Positions 36,954 through 45,828 of a DNA stretch of 64,000 nucleotides are shown here, piece after piece; position 1 is the stretch's first letter; each line of letters starts with the position of its first letter. This DNA is from an uncultured Acidimicrobiia bacterium (lineage in GTDB: Bacteria > Acidobacteriota > Vicinamibacteria > Vicinamibacterales > SCN-69-37). A model generated the notes under the pieces. The model saw only the letters and a program-made list of their open reading frames with translations. It searched no databases and had not been told where the DNA came from. The stretch covers positions 203,289 through 267,288 of the forward strand of contig CBINOO010000001.1 of NCBI GenBank assembly GCA_966252305.1. The letters run 5' to 3'. The translations under genes and the position numbers were made by a program.

Positions 36954-38744
36954 TCACATCCCCGGCAGCGGGGGCAGCGTGAACTTCAGAGCCACAACGG
37001 TTGTGTCGTCATTCGGTGGAAAGCCGGCCCGATGCGCATCCACCGCGCCGGTAATCGAATGCACGATCTCGCGCGCGCTCAGATGACGCGTCTCCGACAC
37101 GACCTGCAGCAGGCGCGTGGAGCCGAACTCCTCGCTGCGCCGATTCATCGCCTCCGAAACGCCATCCGAACAGAACACGAACACGTCATCGGACTGCAGG
37201 GGAAACGAGAATTCGTCGTACGTCATCCCGTGGAATGATCCGAGCGGAACACCCTGCGCTTCGATGAGCGCACACTCCGAACCGGAGGCGCGCACCGGAT
37301 ACGGCACCCCCGAATTGGACAGAGTGACAGTGCGCCGCTTGAGATCGAAGATCGCATAACACAGCGTGCAGTAATACTCCTCGAGCTGGCGCTCATGGAG
37401 GATCGTGTTGATCGACGTGAGCACCGCCGCGGGAGAGGAACGTTCCGGGACATATCGGCGCCTGAACGTGCGACCACGCACCAGCTCCCCGGCGAACACG
37501 CTGTAGAGAGCCGCGGGCACCCCCTTGCCGGAGACGTCGCCCAGGGCGACGATCAGCGTGTTGGACTCAGGAACGAGGTAGTCATAGAAGTCGCCGCCGA
37601 GCTCGCGCGCCGCGGAGAACGAGGCCGCAACATCGACCCCCTTCAGGCGCTTGGGCAACTGGGTGGGCAGCAGCGCGGCCTGCACCCGGCGCGCGAACTT
37701 CACTTCCTTCTCCAGTCGCGCTTCAGTGGTGGACACCTCTTCGTAGAGCCGTGCGTTCTCGATAGCCACCGCGGCCTGATTGGCGAGCAGCGTCAGGATC
37801 TCCACGTCCCGCTTGGTGAAGGCGTCGAGTTCCGGGCTTTCCAGGTCGAACACGCCAATGCATCGATCCTTGAGCAGCATCGGCACCGCAAGTTCAGAGC
37901 GCACATCGTCCACGACGCGGATGTAGCGGGGATCCTTCGAGACGTCGGGCACGACGACCGGTTCGCGATGCAGCGCGGCATAACCGACCAGCCCCTGGCC
38001 CAGCGGCACCTTGGGCAACTCGACGCGGTCGCCGAACTGGACCGCCACCTTGATCTCGAGCTCCTGGGTGGCGTCGTTGAGGAGCAGGATGCCGAACGTG
38101 CGATAGTCCACCACGCGTCTCGCGAGCTGGACGATCCGGGCCAGCAGATCGTCAAGATCCATCAGCGCGGCCACGTCGCGGCCAATCTCAGCCAGCGTCT
38201 CGAAGGTCTCGGCATCGAGACGCTGTTGTTCGAACAGGCGCGCATTCACGAGGGCCAGCGCAACGTGTGCGCCAAACTGGCGCAGGATCGTGGCGTCCCG
38301 CTCGGAATACATGTCACGGGACCGGCTCAGGACGTTGAGAGCCCCGATTGACCGGTTCTGATGCACGAGCGGAATGGCCACCGTGGAGGCCATGCCCGAC
38401 ACCACCTCGACGTAGTTGGGCTCGGTCGTGACGTCCCCGACGACGATCGCTTCCTGCTGGGTGATGACCTGCCCGACGAGCCCTTCACCGGTCTTCGGAT
38501 GGTAGTGGGAGGTGTCGGGATACCCGACCGCGTAGGCGATTCGCAGCTCGTTCCGTTTTTCATCGAGCAGATACACGGCAAACGCGTCGAACGGGATCAG
38601 GCGTCCGATGAGGCGTGGAATCTGCGGCAGCAGCTCGTCAAGGTCGATGACAGAGACCACCTGCCGGCCCAGGTCAAACAGGGTCAGCAGAATGTCTCGC
38701 TCGTGCGATCCGACGGACAAAGGCTGGGAGGAGCGGACGGTCAA
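36954..38744 (-). CDS. GAF-GAF-SpoIIE (PP2C-type) protein phosphatase
   Basis: Two GAF-like regions (LLDEKRNELRIAYAVGY...; LLNDATQELEIKVAVQFG...), then ARELGGDFYDYLVP, VALGDVSGKGVPAALYSV, CSDGVSEA and DDTTVVALK. Confidence 0.85.
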   Translation of the reverse strand: MTVRSSQPLSVGSHERDILLTLFDLGRQVVSVIDLDELLPQIPRLIGRLIPFDAFAVYLLDEKRNELRIAYAVGYPDTSHYHPKTGEGLVGQVITQQEAIVVGDVTTEPNYVEVVSGMASTVAIPLVHQNRSIGALNVLSRSRDMYSERDATILRQFGAHVALALVNARLFEQQRLDAETFETLAEIGRDVAALMDLDDLLARIVQLARRVVDYRTFGILLLNDATQELEIKVAVQFGDRVELPKVPLGQGLVGYAALHREPVVVPDVSKDPRYIRVVDDVRSELAVPMLLKDRCIGVFDLESPELDAFTKRDVEILTLLANQAAVAIENARLYEEVSTTEARLEKEVKFARRVQAALLPTQLPKRLKGVDVAASFSAARELGGDFYDYLVPESNTLIVALGDVSGKGVPAALYSVFAGELVRGRTFRRRYVPERSSPAAVLTSINTILHERQLEEYYCTLCYAIFDLKRRTVTLSNSGVPYPVRASGSECALIEAQGVPLGSFHGMTYDEFSFPLQSDDVFVFCSDGVSEAMNRRSEEFGSTRLLQVVSETRHLSAREIVHSITGAVDAHRAGFPPNDDTTVVALKFTLPPLPGM

Positions 38745-38774
38745 TCCAATGGAATTATACTTGGTTCCCCGGCA

Positions 38775-39239
38775 ATGACCGACATCACGCTACCCCTCGA
38801 CTACACCGCCATCGAGCGGATCCTGCCCCACCGGTTCCCGTTCCTGCTGGTGGATCGCGTGACGGAGTTTCAGCCCGACGTGCGGATCGTCGGGATCAAG
38901 AACATCACGTCCGATGAGACTGTGTTGGCCGTCGGCCCCGACCAGCAGAAGGCCCTGCCGCCAACATTGTTGACGGAGGCCGTCGCACAGGTCGGCGCCA
39001 TCCTGATCCTCTCGAAGCCGGAAAACCGCGACAAGCTGATCTTCTTCATGGGCATCGAACGAGTGCGATTTTCGGGTGTCGTGCAGCCGGGTGACGTGGT
39101 GCGCATCGAGGCCGTCGTCAAGCGGTTGCGCACGCGGATGGGCGTGCTCAGCGGGCACGCCGAGGTCAACGGCCGACGAGTGCTGCACGGCACGATGACG
39201 TTTGCGCTCGGCCCGCGCGAATCAGTGGTCGCCGGCTAA
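38775..39239 (+). CDS. fabZ: 3-hydroxyacyl-ACP dehydratase
   Basis: ORF 38361..39239 trimmed to ATG 38775. MTDITLPLDYTAIERILPHRFPFLLVDRV is the canonical FabZ N-terminus. 154 aa. Confidence 0.9.
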   Translation: MTDITLPLDYTAIERILPHRFPFLLVDRVTEFQPDVRIVGIKNITSDETVLAVGPDQQKALPPTLLTEAVAQVGAILILSKPENRDKLIFFMGIERVRFSGVVQPGDVVRIEAVVKRLRTRMGVLSGHAEVNGRRVLHGTMTFALGPRESVVAG

Positions 39240-40411
39240 CCGACGATCCGCGCCATCACGACACCCGGCACGGCAAGAACAGCCGCCGCGACGGCGGGGC
39301 TCACGGCCTCTGCGGTGTCGACCGAACCATACGTCAGGTCGTTGCGCATCGCATGGCCCGCCGCCGTCACCACCAACCCGGCCTTGGCGAGCACGTCAGC
39401 CACAACCGCGGCCGTGCCCGTGGTCCCGCCGGCATACACGAGTCGGTGACTGAACACGGCGGGAGTTCGATACGCGGGAAAGTTGACGGAGTGGCTCACG
39501 TCACCACGAAGCAGGAAGTCGCGCACCTGATCGGCCACCATCACGGCGCAATTGTCTTCGGCTTCAGCGGTGGAGGCGCCCAGGTGCGGCAGCGTCACGC
39601 ATCGTGGATGCGCGACCGTCGCCGCCGTGGGAAAGTCGCTGACATACGCGCGCAGTGCTCCGGTGTTGAGCGCGTTGATGACCGCCGCTTCGTCAACGAC
39701 GCCCTCACGCGCGAAGTTGACCAACACACCTTCCGGAGGCATCAACGCGAGGCGATCGGCATTGACCAGGCCGCGTGTGCCCGGCGTCAGTGGTGCATGA
39801 ACGCTCAGAAACTGCGCGGCCGCAAAGACATCGTCGAGCGAGGAGGCTGACTGCACGCGGGGATCCAGCTGCCAGGCGCCTTCGACGGACAAACCGGGGT
39901 CAAACCCCACGACGCGCATGCCAAGGGCCACGCCAGCTGACGCGACTCGTCCGCCAATGGCGCCCAGGCCGATGACACCGAGCGTGCGGCCCGCAATCTC
40001 GATGCCTGCGTAGGCCTTTTTGCCCGCCTCCACGGCGGTGTGCAACGACGCGTCATCGCCCTCGAGTGTGCGGGCAAATTGCCAGGCCGCGCCAAGTGAC
40101 CGCGCGCCAATGATCAGGGCGGCAACCACAAGCTCCTTCACCGCGTTGGCATTGGCGCCTGGCGCGTTGAAGACCGGCACGCCGCGAGTGGTCATGTCGG
40201 CGACCGGAATGTTGTTGGTCCCGGAACCGGCACGACCAATGGCCTTGACCGACGCGGGAATCGGCGTGGCGTGCAGGTCCGCCGACCGAAGCAGAATGGC
40301 GTCGGGATCGGTCAGCGACGCGCCGGTCTCAAACCTGGTGGAGTCAAGCCGCGCCAGTCCGGCGGCCGAGATGTTGTTGAGCGTCTGGATGCGAAGGCGT
40401 GGAGCGGTCAT
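39236..40411 (-). CDS. serA: D-3-phosphoglycerate dehydrogenase-type 2-hydroxyacid dehydrogenase
   Basis: N-terminus MTAPRLRIQTLNNISAAGLARL and NAD fold GVIGLGAIGGRVA. C-terminal ACT-like tail. Its stop overlaps the fabZ stop (convergent). Confidence 0.7.
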   Translation of the reverse strand: MTAPRLRIQTLNNISAAGLARLDSTRFETGASLTDPDAILLRSADLHATPIPASVKAIGRAGSGTNNIPVADMTTRGVPVFNAPGANANAVKELVVAALIIGARSLGAAWQFARTLEGDDASLHTAVEAGKKAYAGIEIAGRTLGVIGLGAIGGRVASAGVALGMRVVGFDPGLSVEGAWQLDPRVQSASSLDDVFAAAQFLSVHAPLTPGTRGLVNADRLALMPPEGVLVNFAREGVVDEAAVINALNTGALRAYVSDFPTAATVAHPRCVTLPHLGASTAEAEDNCAVMVADQVRDFLLRGDVSHSVNFPAYRTPAVFSHRLVYAGGTTGTAAVVADVLAKAGLVVTAAGHAMRNDLTYGSVDTAEAVSPAVAAAVLAVPGVVMARIVG

Positions 40412-41303
40412 GCCGCTCCACAGGATATCGGACGATCGTGATGCCGGTCACGATGATTGCCGCCGCGACGAGCATCGAGACGCGAAACGGCTCACCCAGC
40501 AGCAGGGTCCCCAACGCGACCGCAATGACCGGGTTCACATAGGTGTAAAGCGAAACGGTCGACACCGGCAGGTGGCGCAGGGCGTAGGAATACGCGGCAA
40601 ATGCCACAAGCGAGCCCGCAAACGTCAGGTAACCAAGCGCCAGGCCCGTCTTCGGAGTGAAACTCAGGCGGGCCCACTCCCCCGTCAGCGTGCCCGCGAG
40701 CAACATGAAGACCCCGCCAAAAAACATCTGCACTGCCGCAACGACCAGCACCGAGTGCCCGAGCGCGTGTCGCTTGGTGTAGGAGGACGCAATGGACCAC
40801 CCGGCGCACGCAATCTGCAGGGCCAGAATGCCAAGCAGCACGGTGCCCGCGTTGGCCCCCTCAAACGAGACGTCGGGCCAGACCAGCAGGACGATGCCCG
40901 CGAATCCGACCAGCAGACCGATCCACTGCCGCGGCACCAGGCGCTCCCCACCAGGGAACATCGCATCCACCGCCACCATCCAGAACGGTGAGGTGGCAAT
41001 GACCACCGCAGTGATGCCGCTGGCAAGGAACTGTTCACCCCAGTTCACTCCGCCATTACCCAGGCCGATCATCAGGAAGCCGAGCAACGCGAGGGGTCCC
41101 CACTCGCGCGGGCCCGGAAGCGCGACGCCCCGGGCCACCAGAATGCCCATCAGCAGCGAGCCGGCTGTCGTGTAACGGAGGCCACCCATCAGAAACGGTG
41201 GAATCGTCTCGAGCGCGACCTTGATCGCGAGATACGTCGTGCCCCAGATGAGACACACGGCGAAAAACGCCAGCCACGCCGTGCGCCGCACCGCGGGACT
41301 CAT
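40344..41303 (-). CDS. DMT superfamily transporter (EamA family)
   Basis: 319 aa, about 10 hydrophobic helices in two EamA-like halves. The 3' end overlaps the serA-like start by 68 nt. Confidence 0.8.
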   Translation of the reverse strand: MSPAVRRTAWLAFFAVCLIWGTTYLAIKVALETIPPFLMGGLRYTTAGSLLMGILVARGVALPGPREWGPLALLGFLMIGLGNGGVNWGEQFLASGITAVVIATSPFWMVAVDAMFPGGERLVPRQWIGLLVGFAGIVLLVWPDVSFEGANAGTVLLGILALQIACAGWSIASSYTKRHALGHSVLVVAAVQMFFGGVFMLLAGTLTGEWARLSFTPKTGLALGYLTFAGSLVAFAAYSYALRHLPVSTVSLYTYVNPVIAVALGTLLLGEPFRVSMLVAAAIIVTGITIVRYPVERHDRSTPSHPDAQQHLGRRTGAA

Positions 41304-41785
41304 GCCTTCACCGCCAACACGCCATCGAGCGGGAGCGCCATGGATTCTTTGTGGGTGCCAAGCACAATCGTCGTCCGAGTCGAGCGAACGCCCTTGATTT
41401 GGCCGACGTCGTACTTGAGCAGTTGACCCAGGTGTTCCGTGTCGCGCGCACGGATCTTGACCAGGAAACAGTCGTCGCCCGCCACGTGATGCACCTCAAG
41501 AACGCCGGGTACTTCTGAGAGCGAGTGTCCGACGCGATCTTCTTCTTCGCCCACCTCAGCGGTGCGCACGGCAATGAACGCCAGGAGAGGGCATGCAGCC
41601 GCGTGTGGATCAACCCGCGCCGAAAACCCCGTGATGACCTTCCTCGCCTCCAGCTTCCGCAGACGTTCAAGCACGGCCGAGGGGGCCAGGCCGACGGCCT
41701 TGGCAATATCAACCTGCGCCATCCGACCGTCGTGCTGCAGGAGAGTCAGAATTTTGACATCAATGGGGTCTTTGATGGCGTCCAC
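41300..41785 (-). CDS. Lrp/AsnC family transcriptional regulator
   Basis: DVKILTLLQHDGRMAQVDIAKAVGLAPSAVLERLRKLE (AsnC-type HTH) plus a RAM-like C-terminal domain. ATGA overlap with the EamA gene. Confidence 0.9.
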   Translation of the reverse strand: MDAIKDPIDVKILTLLQHDGRMAQVDIAKAVGLAPSAVLERLRKLEARKVITGFSARVDPHAAACPLLAFIAVRTAEVGEEEDRVGHSLSEVPGVLEVHHVAGDDCFLVKIRARDTEHLGQLLKYDVGQIKGVRSTRTTIVLGTHKESMALPLDGVLAVKA

Positions 41786-41857
41786 ACGACTATTGTCGTG
41801 CTAAGCCAACTTGTCAGCAAGTAAATTCTACGCTTTGTGAATATGCCAGAATTTAAT

Positions 41858-42805
41858 TCAACCCTTGAACAACACCCGTTCGAGTCTGCGGTGGTAAGCA
41901 GTAAAGGGACCTGACCCCTCGTCGGCATCGATGTGTTTGCGAACCTGGTGGATCTTGGCGTCGAGATCGTCAACGGCCGCCAGGATGAAGGCCTCGACGG
42001 TCATCGGCTCCACCGGCGATCCAAGCGACTTGTTCCCGTGGTGCGACAGGATCAGGTGCTCAATCCTGGTGCGGAGCTCGGGCGGGAATCCGCTGATGCC
42101 CGCTGCAGTCTCGCGGACCAGCAACACTCCCATGGTGATGTGCCCGAGCAGATTGCCTTCCACCGAATAATCGGTGGTCACGCCGTACGACAGCTCCTGG
42201 AGCTTGCCGATGTCGTGCAGGACGGCGCCGGCAATGAGCAGGTCGCGATTGGCCTCGTAGGACGTAGCGAGATACGACACGCCGTCGATGATCTTGAGGA
42301 CGTGTTCGAGCAGTCCGCCGCGGTAGGCATGGTGGACGGCCTGTGCCGCGGGCCAGATACGCAGCTTGTCGCCGTGGGTGGTCGCAATGCGTTCGAGCAG
42401 TTCACGGATGAATGGCGACTCCACTCCGGCGATGTGCTGCTGCAGGCGGCGCCACATGTCGTCGATGGGCACGGGCGCGCAGGGAATGCAGTCTTCTTCC
42501 CGGAAGCCATCCAGCGCATCGCGCAGGGCATCGACGCGCCGGATGCGTTCGAGCACGAGTTCCAGCTTCTGGTTGAAGACATTGCCGCGGCCCTGCACTT
42601 TCACGAACTCGCCGGCGTCAAATTCGTCCTTCAGCAGCTCGACGTCCTGGAACACCTTGGCCTTGATGTCGCCCGAGGTGTCCTGAAGTTCAAGCGCGAG
42701 GTACACCCCGCTTTTGCCGCTGCGAAGCTCCTTGCGGGAACACAGGAAGAATCCCCACCCTGAGGAAGCCGCTCCGATATCTGCAATCCTGGGCAACGTC
42801 GCCAT
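41858..42805 (-). CDS. OB-fold plus HD-domain protein (YhaM-like 3'-5' exoribonuclease family)
   Basis: ORF trimmed to ATG 42803-42805. The OB-like N-terminus (FFLCSRKELRSGKSGVYLALELQDTSGDIKAKVF) is followed by HD motifs LEHVL..., LHDIGK and LILSHHG. Confidence 0.7.
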   Translation of the reverse strand: MATLPRIADIGAASSGWGFFLCSRKELRSGKSGVYLALELQDTSGDIKAKVFQDVELLKDEFDAGEFVKVQGRGNVFNQKLELVLERIRRVDALRDALDGFREEDCIPCAPVPIDDMWRRLQQHIAGVESPFIRELLERIATTHGDKLRIWPAAQAVHHAYRGGLLEHVLKIIDGVSYLATSYEANRDLLIAGAVLHDIGKLQELSYGVTTDYSVEGNLLGHITMGVLLVRETAAGISGFPPELRTRIEHLILSHHGNKSLGSPVEPMTVEAFILAAVDDLDAKIHQVRKHIDADEGSGPFTAYHRRLERVLFKG

Positions 42806-42851
42806 GCACTGCGAGTGTAATGCGGGATGGTAAGGTGTACTCGGTTTTTGC

Positions 42852-44381
42852 GTGACTGGCACACTCGGCAACAACGCGTTCCTGAACTACTTCACCGGAG
42901 TGCGGGCCGGCGTCTACATCGGCCTGCTCGGCGACGATGAGACGGCCACGCTGGCGGCCAATCCCTTTCTGCGCCTGATGTTCGGGTGGGATGAACACGT
43001 CGACGCGGCGGCGGTGCGCCCGTTTGACATCGACCGATTCGTCGATCCTCAAGCCCGGGAAGGCTTCCTTGCGCGACTGCATCGTGACGGTGCCGCGCAG
43101 GACCACCTGCTGCGCCTGCGTCGCGTGGACGGCACCGGCTTCTGGCTCGAAGTCACCGCTCGGGCTGACGTCATCTCGAATGACGGACGCGTGCTCCGGG
43201 TCGAAGCGCTCATGCGTGATGTCACCGAGCGCAAGAAGCTCGAGGATCAATCACGTGACGTCCTGCACGAGCTCTCGCAGGCCGAAAAACTCGCGGCGCT
43301 CGGGCAGACGATGAGCGGCGTCGCGCACGAACTGAACAATCCGCTCGCGACGATCCTGGCCTGCGCCGAACGTCTCGCCGGTCGGCGTCACGACGATTCC
43401 ACGAGGCGCGATCTCGATGCGATTCACAACGCGGCGGAACGCGCGGCCCGTATCGTACGCAACCTGCAGACATTCGCGCGCAAACGGCACACGACACGTA
43501 CGATGGTCGACATCAACCAGGTCGTGCGGGACACGCTGGCCCTGCGGGCCTACGAACAGCGCGTCTCGAACGTGACGATCATCGAGGCGCTGGCAGCAGG
43601 CTTGCCGCCCGTGTTCGCCGACCCTCACCAGATTCAGCAGGTGCTGCTCAACCTGATCATCAACGCCGAACACGCGATGATTGGCGCCCATGGCCGCGGC
43701 CTGCTGGTCCTGCGGTCATGGCACGAACCGGACCGGGACGCGGTACTGCTCGAAGTGTGTGACGACGGACCCGGCATTGCCGATGAAGTCCAGCAGAAGA
43801 TCTTCGATCCTTTTTTCACCACCAAGGCCGTGGGCAAAGGAACCGGACTCGGCCTGACCGTCGCGTACGCGATCGTCCAGGAACACGGTGGCCGCATCTC
43901 GGTGCGTTCAGCGGAGGGCGGCGGAGCAGCCTTCGTGCTGGAGCTGCCGTCCGGCGGCACTCCGGTGCGGACCAGTCCGCCGGCGTCAACGCTCGCGCCG
44001 CCCGGCGCGGTGCCCGTGGGCACGCGCGCGCTGGTGGTTGAAGACGAGGAAGCATTGGGCGAAGCCGTGGCTGATGCGCTCCGCGATGCGGGTTTTGATG
44101 TGGATCGGGCACGTGATGGTGAGGAAGCCATCGAACGCGTACAGTCGCGTGCCTACGACCTGATTGTGTGCGACTTGAAGATGCCGCGTGTCGATGGCAT
44201 GGCGTTTTTTTCGCATCTGGCCGCGACGGCGCCCGCACTCACCAGACGGCTGGTGTTCGTCACTGGCGACGTGGCCGGCACCGAGGCGGAGCAGTTTCTT
44301 GAACGCAGTGGCTGTCGCTGGCTCGCCAAGCCGTTTCGCCTGCGCGACCTCGTGATGGCCGCGCGTGAAGTGGTGCGCTAG
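42852..44381 (+). CDS. hybrid sensor histidine kinase (PAS-HisKA-HATPase-REC)
   Basis: GTG start. H-box MSGVAHELNNPLATILACAERL. N/G boxes LLNLIINAEHAM, DDGPGI and GKGTGLGLTV. Receiver ALVVEDEEA...LIVCDLKMPRVDG. No Hpt domain. Confidence 0.85.
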   Translation: MTGTLGNNAFLNYFTGVRAGVYIGLLGDDETATLAANPFLRLMFGWDEHVDAAAVRPFDIDRFVDPQAREGFLARLHRDGAAQDHLLRLRRVDGTGFWLEVTARADVISNDGRVLRVEALMRDVTERKKLEDQSRDVLHELSQAEKLAALGQTMSGVAHELNNPLATILACAERLAGRRHDDSTRRDLDAIHNAAERAARIVRNLQTFARKRHTTRTMVDINQVVRDTLALRAYEQRVSNVTIIEALAAGLPPVFADPHQIQQVLLNLIINAEHAMIGAHGRGLLVLRSWHEPDRDAVLLEVCDDGPGIADEVQQKIFDPFFTTKAVGKGTGLGLTVAYAIVQEHGGRISVRSAEGGGAAFVLELPSGGTPVRTSPPASTLAPPGAVPVGTRALVVEDEEALGEAVADALRDAGFDVDRARDGEEAIERVQSRAYDLIVCDLKMPRVDGMAFFSHLAATAPALTRRLVFVTGDVAGTEAEQFLERSGCRWLAKPFRLRDLVMAAREVVR

Positions 44382-44387
44382 ACGCGG

Positions 44388-45143
44388 TCAGGCGACGGCC
44401 TGGCGTCGGAACGGAACGACGTCGGCTTTCGCAGGCTGGGGTTCCATCGCCTTGCGGAGCCGTGAGACGGCACGCGCGTGCAGTTGGGACACCCGCGATT
44501 CGTTGACGCCAATCTCCCTGCCGATCTCCTTCATCGTGACGCCGCGGAAGTAGTAGAGGGTGATCAGTTTGCGCTCGCGCGGCGGCAGTGTGGCCAGCGC
44601 GGCGCGAATGCGTTGCTTCAGTTCCCGCTGCTCGAACTCCTGGTCGGGCGCGGGCGGCTCACTCGGCACGAGGACGGCCGGCAGCGTGGCGCTGTCAATC
44701 GTCTCGAGGTTGGCCAGCGGCGACGTCGACTCAATCGTGTTGATGCGGAGGATGGTCCGCTCGAGTCGAGCCTGATCGGTGCCCACCCGTTGCGCCAGAT
44801 CGGCCAGCGTCGGCTCGGCGCCGAGTTCACGCCGCAGCGCTTCACGCGCGGCCTCGAGCTCGCGACGAACGCGGCGCACACCGCGGGGCCACGCATCACG
44901 GCGCAACGCATCAATCATCGCGCCGCGGACTCGCCGCTCGGCGAATGTCTCGAACTTGATCCCGCGCTCCGCCTCGAAGCGGTTCGCAGCATCGATCAGG
45001 CCAATGACGCCATCCTGGACGAGGTCCGACACATCGATCGAGTGCGGCATCGTGGACGCCATTCGCCTGGCGAGCGATTCGACAAAAGGCAGGGTCGCGA
45101 CGACCCGATCGTGCTGATGACTGGCCAACTGCGCGCGCGCCAT
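44388..45143 (-). CDS. fliA: FliA/WhiG-type (sigma-28-like) RNA polymerase sigma factor
   Basis: ORF trimmed to ATG 45141-45143, preceded by GGAGG (45147-45151). Region 2: DLVQDGVIGLIDAANRFEAERGIKFETFAERRVRGAMIDALR. Region 4: RERKLITLYYFRGVTMKEIGREIGVNESRVSQLHARAVSRLR. Confidence 0.7.
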   Translation of the reverse strand: MARAQLASHQHDRVVATLPFVESLARRMASTMPHSIDVSDLVQDGVIGLIDAANRFEAERGIKFETFAERRVRGAMIDALRRDAWPRGVRRVRRELEAAREALRRELGAEPTLADLAQRVGTDQARLERTILRINTIESTSPLANLETIDSATLPAVLVPSEPPAPDQEFEQRELKQRIRAALATLPPRERKLITLYYFRGVTMKEIGREIGVNESRVSQLHARAVSRLRKAMEPQPAKADVVPFRRQAVA

Positions 45144-45341
45144 GAAACCTCCAGGACCGCCGCTGCTCAGTGCCGCGGCACTACCTGTAAAGGCAACTCG
45201 GATGCCAGATTTCGGCATCAGGGCGATTGCGCGGGATATCTGGAGGTAAAGCTCGTTGTATCAGCTAGTTACGGCTATTCTTGGCGTTGTGCAGCAGTGT
45301 GCAACCGTGTGCTGGACCATGTCGAAATGGTCAGTTCCGTG

Positions 45342-45375
45342 ACGTTTTGACAGGCGATCGTCAAACGTTTGACAG
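45342..45375. repeat. direct repeat ACGTTT(T)GACAG x2 forming an imperfect palindrome around CGATCG, straddling the stop of the DHp mini-gene
   Basis: Copies at 45342-45353 and 45365-45375. Arms CGTTTTGAC (45343-45351) and GTCAAACG (45360-45367). Confidence 0.7.
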
Positions 45376-45612
45376 AGGAACGCGATTGCCGGCCACCGTT
45401 GCCTGGCGGATCTGATGAGAGGTCTGGATGGCCTCCAGCGCGCTGGCGACCACCTGCCCCGCCCTGGCGCGGTGTTGTGGTTCTTCGAGGCGGTGCTCAA
45501 GCAACTCGGCATTGGCCAGAATGATGCCGAGGTAGTTGTTGAGCTGATGGAACAGGTGTGCCAGGTCCTGGTCGGCCCGCGAAACAGCAGGCGGGGTCGT
45601 CATGGTGAACAC
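45361..45612 (-). CDS. stand-alone histidine-kinase H-box (DHp-like) mini-protein, no ATPase domain
   Basis: GTG at 45610-45612 or, more likely, ATG at 45601-45603 preceded by AGGTG. DLAHLFHQLNNYLGIILANAELL resembles HisKA H-boxes. About 80 aa, predicted to be two helices. Confidence 0.5.
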   Translation of the reverse strand: MFTMTTPPAVSRADQDLAHLFHQLNNYLGIILANAELLEHRLEEPQHRARAGQVVASALEAIQTSHQIRQATVAGNRVPLSNV

Positions 45613-45828
45613 CTAGGCGCTCTTGTGCAGTTCGAATGGCACGTGCGCGGATTCCGTCACGGGCGGCGGCACATCACGCCATAACGTATCGACGAAGATA
45701 CGGACGGAGCCACCGGCGGTCCTGACGTACTGCACCTTGCCGCTCGACATCCAGTTGTAGATCGTGCGCCGGCTGACGCCGACAACATCACACGCGCGGG
45801 GAATGGAAACGGTCTTCCGCTCAAGCAT
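45613..45828 (-). CDS. excisionase/MerR-type helix-turn-helix DNA-binding protein
   Basis: ORF 45613..45903 trimmed to ATG 45826-45828; the longer form would overlap the NtrC-type gene start. KTVSIPRACDVVGVSRRTIYNWMSSGKVQYVRTAGGSVRIF is a typical excisionase-family HTH. Confidence 0.65.
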   Translation of the reverse strand: MLERKTVSIPRACDVVGVSRRTIYNWMSSGKVQYVRTAGGSVRIFVDTLWRDVPPPVTESAHVPFELHKSA

